The notes under the pieces are model-generated. The model worked only from the letters and a program-made list of their open reading frames with translations, ran no database searches and was not told the origin of the DNA. Below, piece by piece: positions 1-8,488 of a stretch of 64,000 nt of DNA. Origin of the DNA: Myxococcales bacterium (lineage in GTDB: Bacteria > Myxococcota_A > Polyangia > Polyangiales > Ga0077539); contig JAEUKH010000018.1 of the NCBI GenBank assembly GCA_016792845.1, positions 202,984 to 266,983 of the forward strand. The letters are read 5' to 3'. Numbering within the stretch: the first letter of the stretch is position 1; every line of letters begins with the position of its first letter. The position numbers and the translations under genes were made by a program.

Positions 1-160
1 GCACACGAAAATGTCTCGACCTCAGCGGGCGCAACCCACCCTCTGTGCCGATGCGGGGCGGCATCCTACACGGTTTCGTGACTTTGCGTAGCCCCTGCGC
101 CACCCGAGCGTCGCCCGGGGTCGATTTCGTGATTCTGTACCGTTGACGTTCGGGCCCCGC

Positions 161-1255
161 TCAGCGCACCAGGCGGCCGCTCGCGTCGATTTCGTTGAGC
201 TCGACGCGGCGGTTGGCTTCGCGCCCCGCGGTGGTGGTGTTGGGCTCGATGGGCTGGCTCGGGCCGTACCCGCGCGCGGTGAGCCGCGAGGGCTCGATGC
301 CGTGGTTCATGAGGAAGGTGCGCACGGCCGTCGCGCGGGCGGCCGAGAGGCGCTCGTTGTGGCGCCGCGAGCCCTCGCTCGACGTGTGCCCGCCGACCTC
401 GTACCGCAGCTCGCGGTGCTGCGTCTGGTTGAGGAATTCGACCACCTCGTTGAGCGTCGCCTCGGCGCTCGGCCTGAGCCTGGCCGAGTCGAAGTCGAAC
501 TCGACCCTGAAGCGCACGCCGTGCTGGGTGATCTGGAGGTGCTGAAACTGCCGCGGGCAGCCGTTGTTGTCGACCGGGCCGGCCTCGTTCGGGCACTGGT
601 CTTGGAGGTCTGCGACGGTGTCTTGATCGTTGTCGTTGTCGGGGCAGCCGTCGGTGTCTTGAAACCCGTCGGGGTCTTCAGGCTCGTTGCGGCAGTTGTC
701 GACCGCGTCGAGCACGCCGTCGGCGTCGTTGTCGGCCTCGGGGCAGCCGTCGGTGTCTTGATACGCGTCACGGTCTTCGGGGTCGACCACGCACATGTCG
801 CGCGAGTCGACGATGCCGTCGCCGTCGGTGTCGGGGTCGTCGGGGCAGCCGTCGGTGTCTTGAAACCCGTTGAAGTTTTCGGGCACGTCGGGGCAGCTGT
901 CGTCGGGGTCGAGGATGCCGTCGCCGTCGCGATCGCCCGGGGCCTCGACCACCACCACGTTGCGCGGCGCGCAGCGCTCGGGCGGCGACAGACGCAGCGC
1001 GGCCCGGGCGTTGACGTCGGCCACCGAGAAGTGCCCCTCGGCGGCGCGGGCGTGGCCCTCGTCGAGCTCGCGCTCTGCGAAGGTGACGTGCGAGCGCCCC
1101 ATGGCCAGCTCGCGCGGCGCGCAGACGTACGCGCCGTTTTGATCGGCCTGGCGAAGGATGTCGCGGGTGGCCGTGAGCCGCCCCCGGAGCGCCACCGCGT
1201 CGGTGCAGCCCATCGCCAAGAACGCCGTCAACCAAAGCCCTCTACGATCAACGAC
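161..1255 (-). CDS. OmpA-family lipoprotein with thrombospondin type-3 (Ca-binding DxDxDG) repeats and a C-terminal OmpA/MotB peptidoglycan-binding domain
   Basis: Repeated DTDGCPD / DxDxDGxxD motifs in the translation. The C-terminus (...NERLSAARATAVRTFLMNHGIEPSRLTARGYG...NRRVEL) matches the OmpA_C fold. The likely start is a GTG giving the signal VDRRGLWLTAFLAMGC, a lipobox, just after the stop of the upstream gene. Confidence 0.75.
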   Translation of the reverse strand, partial: VVDRRGLWLTAFLAMGCTDAVALRGRLTATRDILRQADQNGAYVCAPRELAMGRSHVTFAERELDEGHARAAEGHFSVADVNARAALRLSPPERCAPRNVVVVEAPGDRDGDGILDPDDSCPDVPENFNGFQDTDGCPDDPDTDGDGIVDSRDMCVVDPEDRDAYQDTDGCPEADNDADGVLDAVDNCRNEPEDPDGFQDTDGCPDNDNDQDTVADLQDQCPNEAGPVDNNGCPRQFQHLQITQHGVRFRVEFDFDSARLRPSAEATLNEVVEFLNQTQHRELRYEVGGHTSSEGSRRHNERLSAARATAVRTFLMNHGIEPSRLTARGYGPSQPIEPNTTTAGREANRRVELNEIDASGRLVR

Positions 1256-1562
1256 CGCGCTCACGCTGGCGCCTCCGTGCGATGTCGCGGGCACGATTGC
1301 CGTACTCTTCTGCGATGGTGGCCATCTCATCTGCGGTCTGATACTCGGCCTCGTTGGCGAACTCTCGGGCCTGGTTCAAGTGCTCGACGGCGTAGTGATA
1401 CTCGTACGGCGCCGACTCTGCGGCCCCCGCCTGGCGCGCCTGCTCGACGGCCTCTGAGGCGCCCGCGACGCCCAACGAATACATCACCGGGCCGCACCCG
1501 ACGACGCCCGACAGCGCCCCCAGCGTGAGCACCCAGACAGCCTTCTTCAACCCTCGGAGCAC
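1248..1562 (-). CDS. small lipoprotein (DUF4398-like), of the kind usually found upstream of OmpA-family genes
   Basis: Signal and lipobox LTLGALSGVVGC, followed by a helical Ala/Glu-rich body. Its position immediately 5' of the OmpA-like gene is typical. Confidence 0.55.
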   Translation of the reverse strand: MLRGLKKAVWVLTLGALSGVVGCGPVMYSLGVAGASEAVEQARQAGAAESAPYEYHYAVEHLNQAREFANEAEYQTADEMATIAEEYGNRARDIARRRQRERGR

Positions 1563-1644
1563 GCCATCGCCCTCTCCGCAGGCGCCCTCTCACGAGCACC
1601 CGCCACACAGTACAACCGACGCTATCAGAGCGCCGCGCCGAGGG

Positions 1645-2187
1645 TCAACGCTCGCGTCGGAGCCACACCACCAGCGCGCCGGCCCCGGCCCCCGAGGCGA
1701 AGAGCGCCACCAGCACCGCCGCCGAGGCGCTCGACCCGAGCCAGGGCGCGAGGCCGAAGCCGCCGCGAAACTGGAGGTACGAGCCCACCACGCCGACGCG
1801 CTCGCGGGCCACGAGGAGCCCCAGCGCCGCGGCCGCCGCGATGGCCCCGGCGGCGACCCGGATGCGCCGCGGGTGATGCTCGCGAAACCACCGGGCGCCC
1901 ACGGCGAAGCCCGCGAGCCCGAGGGCGCCGTCGACGAGGCCGAGAAAGAGCGCCAAGGCAGAGGGGATCTTGGCCCCGTCGAAGAGGTACGACACCATCC
2001 AGTCGGGTTGGCGTTCGAGCAGCCAGAAGAGGCAGGGCGTCACCACCAGGGTCTCATGCATGGCCACCGCGGCGAAGCCCCGGAGCGCCATCACCGAGCG
2101 GGGCGACGCGCGGAGCTCTCGCGCCGCAGATTCTGCGAGGAGGAGCCCCACGACGATGTTCAAAAGCACAAGCGCGATGAGCGGCAT
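1645..2187 (-). CDS. hypothetical polytopic membrane protein
   Basis: Four to five hydrophobic helices in a 180-aa ORF, co-directional with the dap genes. No family recognised. Confidence 0.45.
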   Translation of the reverse strand: MPLIALVLLNIVVGLLLAESAARELRASPRSVMALRGFAAVAMHETLVVTPCLFWLLERQPDWMVSYLFDGAKIPSALALFLGLVDGALGLAGFAVGARWFREHHPRRIRVAAGAIAAAAALGLLVARERVGVVGSYLQFRGGFGLAPWLGSSASAAVLVALFASGAGAGALVVWLRRER

Positions 2188-2208
2188 CGTGGGGCCCTCG
2201 GGCGACGC

Positions 2209-3030
2209 TCAGCCGAGGTGCGCGAGGCCGAGCACGTCGGCCATGGTGTATTTGCCTGGCGGGCGACCCACGACCCAGCGCCCTGCCCTCAAGGCCCCCG
2301 CGGCGAAGACCGCGCGGCTGGTGGCCTTGTGGGTCAGCTCGATGCGCTCTCCGAGCCCGGCGAGGACGACGGTGTGGTCGCCGACGATGTCGCCGCCGCG
2401 CACGGCGTGGACGCCGACCTCGCGCGGTTTGCGCCGCGCGTCGCCGCCGCTGCGCCCGTGGGCCACGTCGTCGTGGGTGAGCCCGCGGGTGTCGAGGGCC
2501 ACCTGAACGAGCCGCAGCGCGGTGCCCGAGGGGGCGTCTTTTTTCTCGCGATGGTGGGCCTCGATCACCTCGACGTCGAACTCATCACCGAGGAGCCCGA
2601 GGGCTTCGCGCAGCACGTGGGCGAGCACCTGGACCCCGAGCGACATGTTCGGCGCGGCCACGACGGGCACCTTGAGGGCGGCCTCGTCGAGGGCGGCCCG
2701 GGCTCCCTCGCTGAGCCCGGTGGTGCCCACCACGCACGCCACACCAAGCTCGGCGGCGGCGCGGACGACCCCTTCGGTGGCCGTCGGTGACGAGAAATCG
2801 ATCACCACCTCGGCGCCCGCGAGGGCCTTCTTCGGGTCGCCGACGATGCGAACCCCGGTTGGGCGGCCCACGAGGGCCCCGACGTCGGTGCCGATCTCGG
2901 GGCTCCGCGGGTGTTCGAGCGCGCCGGCGAGGCGCACATCGTCAGAGATGAGAATCTGCTCGACCAGCAGTCGGCCCATGCGGCCCGACGCGCCGGCCAC
3001 GGCCATCTGCACCATGCGCTCGGTCGACAT
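2209..3030 (-). CDS. dapB: 4-hydroxy-tetrahydrodipicolinate reductase
   Basis: N-terminal MAVAGASGRMGR NAD(P)-binding motif and DapB-like body (EAHHREKKDAPSGTA..., C-terminal HKATSR). Confidence 0.9.
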   Translation of the reverse strand: MSTERMVQMAVAGASGRMGRLLVEQILISDDVRLAGALEHPRSPEIGTDVGALVGRPTGVRIVGDPKKALAGAEVVIDFSSPTATEGVVRAAAELGVACVVGTTGLSEGARAALDEAALKVPVVAAPNMSLGVQVLAHVLREALGLLGDEFDVEVIEAHHREKKDAPSGTALRLVQVALDTRGLTHDDVAHGRSGGDARRKPREVGVHAVRGGDIVGDHTVVLAGLGERIELTHKATSRAVFAAGALRAGRWVVGRPPGKYTMADVLGLAHLG

Positions 3031-3033
3031 GGC

Positions 3034-3933
3034 TCAGCCCTCGCCTTTGCGCCACGCGGCGATCGCCGCGAGGGTCTTGTCGACGTTGCTCTGCGCGGGC
3101 CACGCGAGGGGCAGGCGCACCTCGGCGGCGATGCGCCCCTCGGCCGCGAGCACGCCCTTCACGGGGCCCGGGTTGGTCTCGGTGAACATCGCATCGTGCA
3201 CCGGAACCAGCTTCAAATGCAGCCTCCGCGCGGTCGCCCAGTCGCCCCCGAGGGCCGCCGCCACCACGGCCTGGACGGCCCCCGGCAGCGCGTTGCTCGT
3301 GACCGAGATCACCCCGCGGGCCCCGCAGGCCATCATGCCCAGGGTGAGCGCGTCGTCGCCCGAGAGCACCGCGAGGCGGTCGCCGAGGCGGCGCATCACC
3401 TCTTGGGCGCGCACGATGTTGCCCGTGGCCTCTTTGAGCGCCACCACCCGCGGGCAGTGCTTCGCCATCTCGACGACGGTCTCGGGCAAGAGGTCGGCGG
3501 TGCCGCGGGTGGGCACGTTGTAGAGCACCAAGGGCAGGTCGGTGGCGTCGTGCACGGCCCGGACGTGGGCGAGCAGCCCCGCCTGGCTGGGCTTGTTGTA
3601 GTAGGGCATCACCACCATCGCGGCGTCGACCCCGAGGGCCTTGACGGCGCGGGTGCGGGCGATGGTGTCTGCGGTGTTGTTGCTCCCGGTGCCGGCGATC
3701 ACGGGCACGCGGCCGCGGGCTGTCTTGACGACGGTCTCGACGATGGCGCGATGCTCGTCGGCGGTGAGCGTCGGCGACTCGCCGGTGGTGCCGCAGGGCA
3801 CGAGCCCCGCGATGCCATCGGTCACCTGAAACTCAGTCAAAGCCGCGAGGGCGGCGAGGTCAACCTCACCCTGCTTGAAGGGGGTCACGAGGGCGGTGAA
3901 GGCACCTTCGAACGTCAGGCTCATGGCGGTCAT
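3034..3933 (-). CDS. dapA: 4-hydroxy-tetrahydrodipicolinate synthase
   Basis: DapA hallmarks: TALVTPF, GTTGES, YNVP, catalytic-Lys region ALKEATG. The start is taken at MTAMSLTF. Confidence 0.9.
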   Translation of the reverse strand: MTAMSLTFEGAFTALVTPFKQGEVDLAALAALTEFQVTDGIAGLVPCGTTGESPTLTADEHRAIVETVVKTARGRVPVIAGTGSNNTADTIARTRAVKALGVDAAMVVMPYYNKPSQAGLLAHVRAVHDATDLPLVLYNVPTRGTADLLPETVVEMAKHCPRVVALKEATGNIVRAQEVMRRLGDRLAVLSGDDALTLGMMACGARGVISVTSNALPGAVQAVVAAALGGDWATARRLHLKLVPVHDAMFTETNPGPVKGVLAAEGRIAAEVRLPLAWPAQSNVDKTLAAIAAWRKGEG

Positions 3934-5387
3934 CTCCGTCGCAGCGCCGAGAGCAGCGCCACCACCTGGTCGCGCTGCGCGGCGAAGCGCCGTCTCGCAT
4001 AGTGCGGAGCCGCCCCTTCGCGCAACAAGAACGGCCAATCGCTCGCCGCGAGGCGCACCGTCGCCGCCACCATTTCGTCTCGGGCGGGGGCCTCAAGGCC
4101 GCGATCGAGGGCCCTGCGCACCTCGGCCGCGAGGCGCCACACCTCGGCCGTCATCGCTCCGGCCTCTCCGGTGAGCCATCGGGCGCCGAAGCTCCCTTCG
4201 CCCCAACTCGACGGGCCCGGCATCACCGTCTCGCGCGCCGCGTCGCCGAGGGCCGAGGCCGTCGCGACGGGTTGGCCGAGGTCTTCGAGGGCGTCGAGGG
4301 CGTGGTCGAGCCAGTCGACGCCTTCGGCCCACCAGTGCCCGAAGAGCTCTGCGTCGAAGGCTGCCACCACCACGGCGTCGCGGCCCACGGTCTCGCCCAT
4401 GGCCCTGACCTTCTCAGCGAAATCATAAGCGTCTCTCTGTACTTGGAGAGACCCTAGGGAGGCCTCATAGCGGGGCCGCGAGGGCGCACCGCGAGGGCCC
4501 ACGGCCCAGAGCTTGAGCCCGCTCGGGAGCGGCGCGCCGGCGCGGTCTTCGAAGCACCCGCGGCGCCCGGGCGGCACGCGCTGCGCCAGGTCGGCGTAGA
4601 AATCGCGATAGTGGGGGTGGCCGGGGTATCCGTCGTGGCGATCCCACACGAGGCGGGCCGTGATCGGGTCGCGGGGCAAGACCGTGAGCCCGCCGGGGGT
4701 CTTCACCGGGCGCCTCAGGCCCTCTCTCGGAGGCGGCGCGGCGCCGAGGACGCCGTTGGCTTCGAGCACCGTCGCGGTGACGCCCGCGCGGGCGAGGCGC
4801 GGGTCGAGCCAGGGGGCCCAACCGCACTCGGGCAACCAGAGCCCCTCGGGGCGCCCCGCGCGGGTGTGCGCGGCGTGCTCGGCGAGGCCGAGTTCGAGGG
4901 CGGCGTCGATGAGCCAGGGGTGGGCCGCGTAGGCGGGGGCGAAGGGGTGCGCCGCGAGGGTGCTCCAGCGCGCGCCGCGGGCGTCTCGGAGGGCCTCGGC
5001 CCAAGCGACGGCGAGCCCGTGGGGGAGCGCTTCGAGGGTCGCGAGGCGTTGCGCGCGGGCGGCGAGGAGCGCGTCGAGGGCGGGCCCGAGGCTCGGGTCG
5101 ACCGTGCGCCCCGCGTCGGCGAGGTCGCGCTGTGCGGCGAGGTACTGGCGCATGCCGGGGGCGAAGCGCGGGTCGCTCCACATCGCGGTGAGCGAGGGCG
5201 AGAGCGAGACCGTGAGGGGCGTCGCGCGGCCGCGGGCGTGCCGTCGCACGAGCATGGCCAGGAGCGGGAGGTGAGACTCGAACGCGGCTTCGAAGACCCA
5301 ACGGGCTTCGAGCGCGCCGTCGGCCGCGTCGGGGGCGGTGAGCACCCACGGGAGGTGGGCGTGAAGGACGAAGACAACCGTGGGCAT
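3930..5387 (-). CDS. glycoside hydrolase family 57 protein (1,4-alpha-glucan branching enzyme-like)
   Basis: N-terminus MPTVVFVLHAHLPWV is the GH57 signature, with a long alpha-helical C-terminal region. Overlaps dapA by 4 bp. Confidence 0.7.
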   Translation of the reverse strand: MPTVVFVLHAHLPWVLTAPDAADGALEARWVFEAAFESHLPLLAMLVRRHARGRATPLTVSLSPSLTAMWSDPRFAPGMRQYLAAQRDLADAGRTVDPSLGPALDALLAARAQRLATLEALPHGLAVAWAEALRDARGARWSTLAAHPFAPAYAAHPWLIDAALELGLAEHAAHTRAGRPEGLWLPECGWAPWLDPRLARAGVTATVLEANGVLGAAPPPREGLRRPVKTPGGLTVLPRDPITARLVWDRHDGYPGHPHYRDFYADLAQRVPPGRRGCFEDRAGAPLPSGLKLWAVGPRGAPSRPRYEASLGSLQVQRDAYDFAEKVRAMGETVGRDAVVVAAFDAELFGHWWAEGVDWLDHALDALEDLGQPVATASALGDAARETVMPGPSSWGEGSFGARWLTGEAGAMTAEVWRLAAEVRRALDRGLEAPARDEMVAATVRLAASDWPFLLREGAAPHYARRRFAAQRDQVVALLSALRRR

Positions 5388-5557
5388 CGCGAGGCTCGGC
5401 GCGAGGGTGCCACGGGGCCGTCGGGGGCGACGGTCAGATCGGCGCGGGGTGCCCCTGGCGACCGTTCGCCCCGGCGTGGTGACCGTTCGCCGAGAGAAAC
5501 TCAACCCGGTCGGCCGGAGAATGGCTTGACGTCGCCGCGGCTCGACCACTAGAAGCC

Positions 5558-6877
5558 GTGACCTTGGCGAGGCTTATGGCAGGCACGACACCGCCGATTA
5601 CGATTTTGGGGGCTGGTTTGACGGGTCTCTCGGCGGCCCATCATCTCGGCGACGACTTTCAGCTGCTTGAGCGGCTGGGGCATGTGGGCGGCCACGCCAT
5701 CACCCTCGCCGAGGGGGGCTACCGTTTCGATCGGACGGGGCACCTCTTGCACCTCCGCGACCCGGGCATCAAAGCCTGGATGGCCGAGGTCTTTGACGAG
5801 GGCTACCTGCTCAAGGTTCAGCGCAAGAGCGAGGTCTTCTCGCACGGGCGCTACACCCGGTATCCGTACCAGGCCAACACCTTCGGGCTGCCCCCGGAGG
5901 TGGCGTACGAGTGCCTCCAGGGGTACCTCGCGACCCGCCTGCGCACCGAGCCCGTCGCCCCGCCGACGAACTTCGAAGAGTTCTGCCTTCAAAACTTCGG
6001 CGAGGGCTTCTCGAAGCACTTCATGATCCCCTACAACAGCCGGCTGTGGGGGGTTCACCCGAGCGAGATCACGGCGGCGTGGTGCTCGCGGTTTGTGCCG
6101 CTCCCGAAGCTCGACGACGTGATCGCGGGGGCGGTGGGGCTCAACGACCGCGAGCTCGGGTACAACACCAACTTCTTGTACCCGCCGACGGGCATCCACG
6201 CGCTGCCCGAGCGCATCGCCGAGCGGGTGAAGGCGCCGCGGTTTCACACCGCGCCGACCGCCATCGATTGGCGCCGTCGCGAGATGGTGTTTGAAGACAA
6301 TCACCGCGAGCCGTACCGGGCGCTGATCACTACGGCGCCGCTCAAGAGCCTCGTCGCCTCGCTCGTCGACGCCCCCGAGGCGGTGCGGGTGGCGGGCGAG
6401 AAGCTGCGGTGCACGAAGCTCTGGTACCTCGACGTCGCGGCCCGGGCGCCCTGCCGACGCGACATCCATTGGGCCTATGTGCCCGAAGAGAAGTACCCCT
6501 TCTACCGGGTGGGCGTGTATTCACACTTCTCGCCGCAGATGGCACCCCCGGGGGGCTCTTCGTACTATGTCGAGCTGGCCTCGCGCGAGGCGCCCGACCT
6601 TGAGACCCTCGGGCCCGAGGTGGCCAGGGGCATGGTCGAGATGGGGCTCGTCGCCTCGGTCGATGAGATCGAATTCATGCGGGCGCGCTGCATCGAGTAC
6701 GCGTACGTGATCTTCGATCACAACTTCTACAGCAGCCTTGAGATCATCAGACCGTTCTTGCAAGAACAGGGCATCATCTCGGCAGGCCGCTACGGCGGGT
6801 GGAACTACTCTGCCATGGAAGACGCCTTGATCTTCGGTCGCGCCGCCGCCCAAGAGGCCCGGGAGATTGTCAAGTGA
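5558..6877 (+). CDS. FAD/NAD(P)-binding oxidoreductase, amine-oxidase / UDP-galactopyranose-mutase-like fold
   Basis: N-terminal Rossmann ILGAGLTGLSAA...ERLGHVGGH, a pattern resembling UGM/protoporphyrinogen-oxidase-family flavoenzymes. Followed directly by a GT2 gene. Confidence 0.8.
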   Translation: MTLARLMAGTTPPITILGAGLTGLSAAHHLGDDFQLLERLGHVGGHAITLAEGGYRFDRTGHLLHLRDPGIKAWMAEVFDEGYLLKVQRKSEVFSHGRYTRYPYQANTFGLPPEVAYECLQGYLATRLRTEPVAPPTNFEEFCLQNFGEGFSKHFMIPYNSRLWGVHPSEITAAWCSRFVPLPKLDDVIAGAVGLNDRELGYNTNFLYPPTGIHALPERIAERVKAPRFHTAPTAIDWRRREMVFEDNHREPYRALITTAPLKSLVASLVDAPEAVRVAGEKLRCTKLWYLDVAARAPCRRDIHWAYVPEEKYPFYRVGVYSHFSPQMAPPGGSSYYVELASREAPDLETLGPEVARGMVEMGLVASVDEIEFMRARCIEYAYVIFDHNFYSSLEIIRPFLQEQGIISAGRYGGWNYSAMEDALIFGRAAAQEAREIVK

Positions 6878-7611
6878 GCCAAGAGTCGAACGCTGATTCG
6901 CGCCCCACGCCGCGCATCTCGATTGTCATCCCTGTTTACAATGAAGAGGCCATCCTTCACGCCGCGGTGGTCGACCTCCGCGAGCAGCTCGAAGACATGG
7001 GCTGGCCTTACGAGATCATCCTCGCCGAGAACGGCTCTCGCGACGGCACCGTGCCCATCGCCACCGCCCTCGCCGAGAAGTACAGCGACGTGAACTTCTT
7101 CTCGCTCGGCGAGCCGAACTACGGCAAGGCCTTGCGCGAGGGCATCTTGCGGGCCCGGGGCGAGTTCGTGGTGTGCGACGAGATCGACCTCTGCCTCGTC
7201 GATTTCTACCGCCGCTCGCTCGACATCCTTGAGCGCAACGAGGCTGACTTCGTGGTGGGCTCGAAGACCCTCGCCGGGGCCAGCGACGAGCGGCCGCTCA
7301 TTCGCCACGCGGCGACGATGATCTTCAACGGGCTCCTGCGGGTGACCCTCGGGTTCAAGGGCAGCGACACCCACGGCATCAAGGCCTTTCGCCGGGTCGC
7401 GGTGCTCGACGTGGTGCGGGCCTGCCTCGTCGACAAAGACGTCTTCGCGAGCGAGCTGGTGATCCGGGCCGAGCGCGGCGGCATTCGTATCAAAGAGATC
7501 CCCGTGCGCATTCTTGAGAAGCGCCCCCCGAGCATCAACCTCTTCAAGCGCGTGCCGAACGTGCTGAAGAACGTGGGCAAGCTCTTCGTGGCGATCCGCA
7601 TCCGGGGCTAG
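6874..7611 (+). CDS. family 2 glycosyltransferase (polyprenyl-phosphate sugar synthase-like, DPM1-like)
   Basis: ISIVIPVYNEE, AENGSRDGT and DxD-type motifs. GTG start overlaps the upstream stop (GTGA). Confidence 0.85.
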   Translation: MSQESNADSRPTPRISIVIPVYNEEAILHAAVVDLREQLEDMGWPYEIILAENGSRDGTVPIATALAEKYSDVNFFSLGEPNYGKALREGILRARGEFVVCDEIDLCLVDFYRRSLDILERNEADFVVGSKTLAGASDERPLIRHAATMIFNGLLRVTLGFKGSDTHGIKAFRRVAVLDVVRACLVDKDVFASELVIRAERGGIRIKEIPVRILEKRPPSINLFKRVPNVLKNVGKLFVAIRIRG

Positions 7612-7697
7612 CGTCGCCGTCGCCTCGGCGCGCGGCCACTGAAAAGATGACCAGTGCCCGCGAAGGGTGCTAAGTCAGGGCCGAGAGGCACCGAGAG

Positions 7698-8453
7698 ATG
7701 GCCACCCCGCGCCTTGAGGCATTCGACGCTGACCTTGATTTTCAAGGCTTCTCACACGACCCGCCGGTCGACCTTCCGGCCGACGATTTCGCGACGGGCT
7801 TCGCCCCGAGCGAGCCCGAGGCTGAGTTCGCGCCGTCTCAGGCCAAGCGCGCGCGACGCGGCTTCGCCCCCCAACGCGGCGTCGAACCGGCGCCCCCGGG
7901 CCCGCTGCCCCTGAGGGTGTGCCTGGTGTGCGGAGCCGAGCCCGGCGGGCCCTCAGAGTGCCCCCACGACGAGGTGCTCTCGACGGCCGCGGCGAGCCCG
8001 GCGATGCTCGCCGCGGCGCTCAAGTTGGCACATCTCGCCCAAGAGCGGCGGAGCCAAGAGCGGGCCCTCCGGCGGCTGGCGGGCGAGGCCGTGGCGGCGG
8101 GCGAGGCCGTGGTCGCGCTGCGGCCGGCGGTGGCGCCCGAGGCTCCGCGGCCGGCGCCGGTGCCGATCGACCCGACGGTCGCGTGTCCGCGCTGCGGGAT
8201 GCACCCTGAGATGGGCCTACGGGCCACAGGGCGGGCGAGCCGTCGCGGGGCGGCCGCGGCGCAGCAGGGCCTCTTCGCCTTTGCAGCGTGCGCGCCCGAG
8301 GCGCCCGGGGTTGCGGCCGCGGCCGAGCCCGAGGGTCAGCCGCCGAGGGGTGACCGTGGCGCGGCGCCCGAGCCTGGGGAGGGCGAGGGCGACGCGGGGG
8401 CGGCTCCGAAGCGTCGGCGGCGGGCGCGACAAGCGGTTGCGTCAGACCCGTAA
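7698..8453 (+). CDS. hypothetical protein with two CxxC pairs (possible zinc ribbon), Ala/Pro-rich
   Basis: The ORF fills an otherwise empty 870-bp gap and has CLVCG...CPHDE and CPRCGMHPE motifs. Low-complexity composition makes it uncertain. Confidence 0.35.
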   Translation: MATPRLEAFDADLDFQGFSHDPPVDLPADDFATGFAPSEPEAEFAPSQAKRARRGFAPQRGVEPAPPGPLPLRVCLVCGAEPGGPSECPHDEVLSTAAASPAMLAAALKLAHLAQERRSQERALRRLAGEAVAAGEAVVALRPAVAPEAPRPAPVPIDPTVACPRCGMHPEMGLRATGRASRRGAAAAQQGLFAFAACAPEAPGVAAAAEPEGQPPRGDRGAAPEPGEGEGDAGAAPKRRRRARQAVASDP

Positions 8454-8488
8454 CACACGCTACGACGCGGCTCCTTTTCGTACCCCTT

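Noticed and set aside
143-1528. 461-aa + strand ORF, and similarly 1525..2790 (+), 2522..3523 (+) and 2911..4002 (+)
   Set aside because: Antisense to the OmpA-like, dapB and dapA genes. Val/Gly/Arg-rich translations with no motifs.
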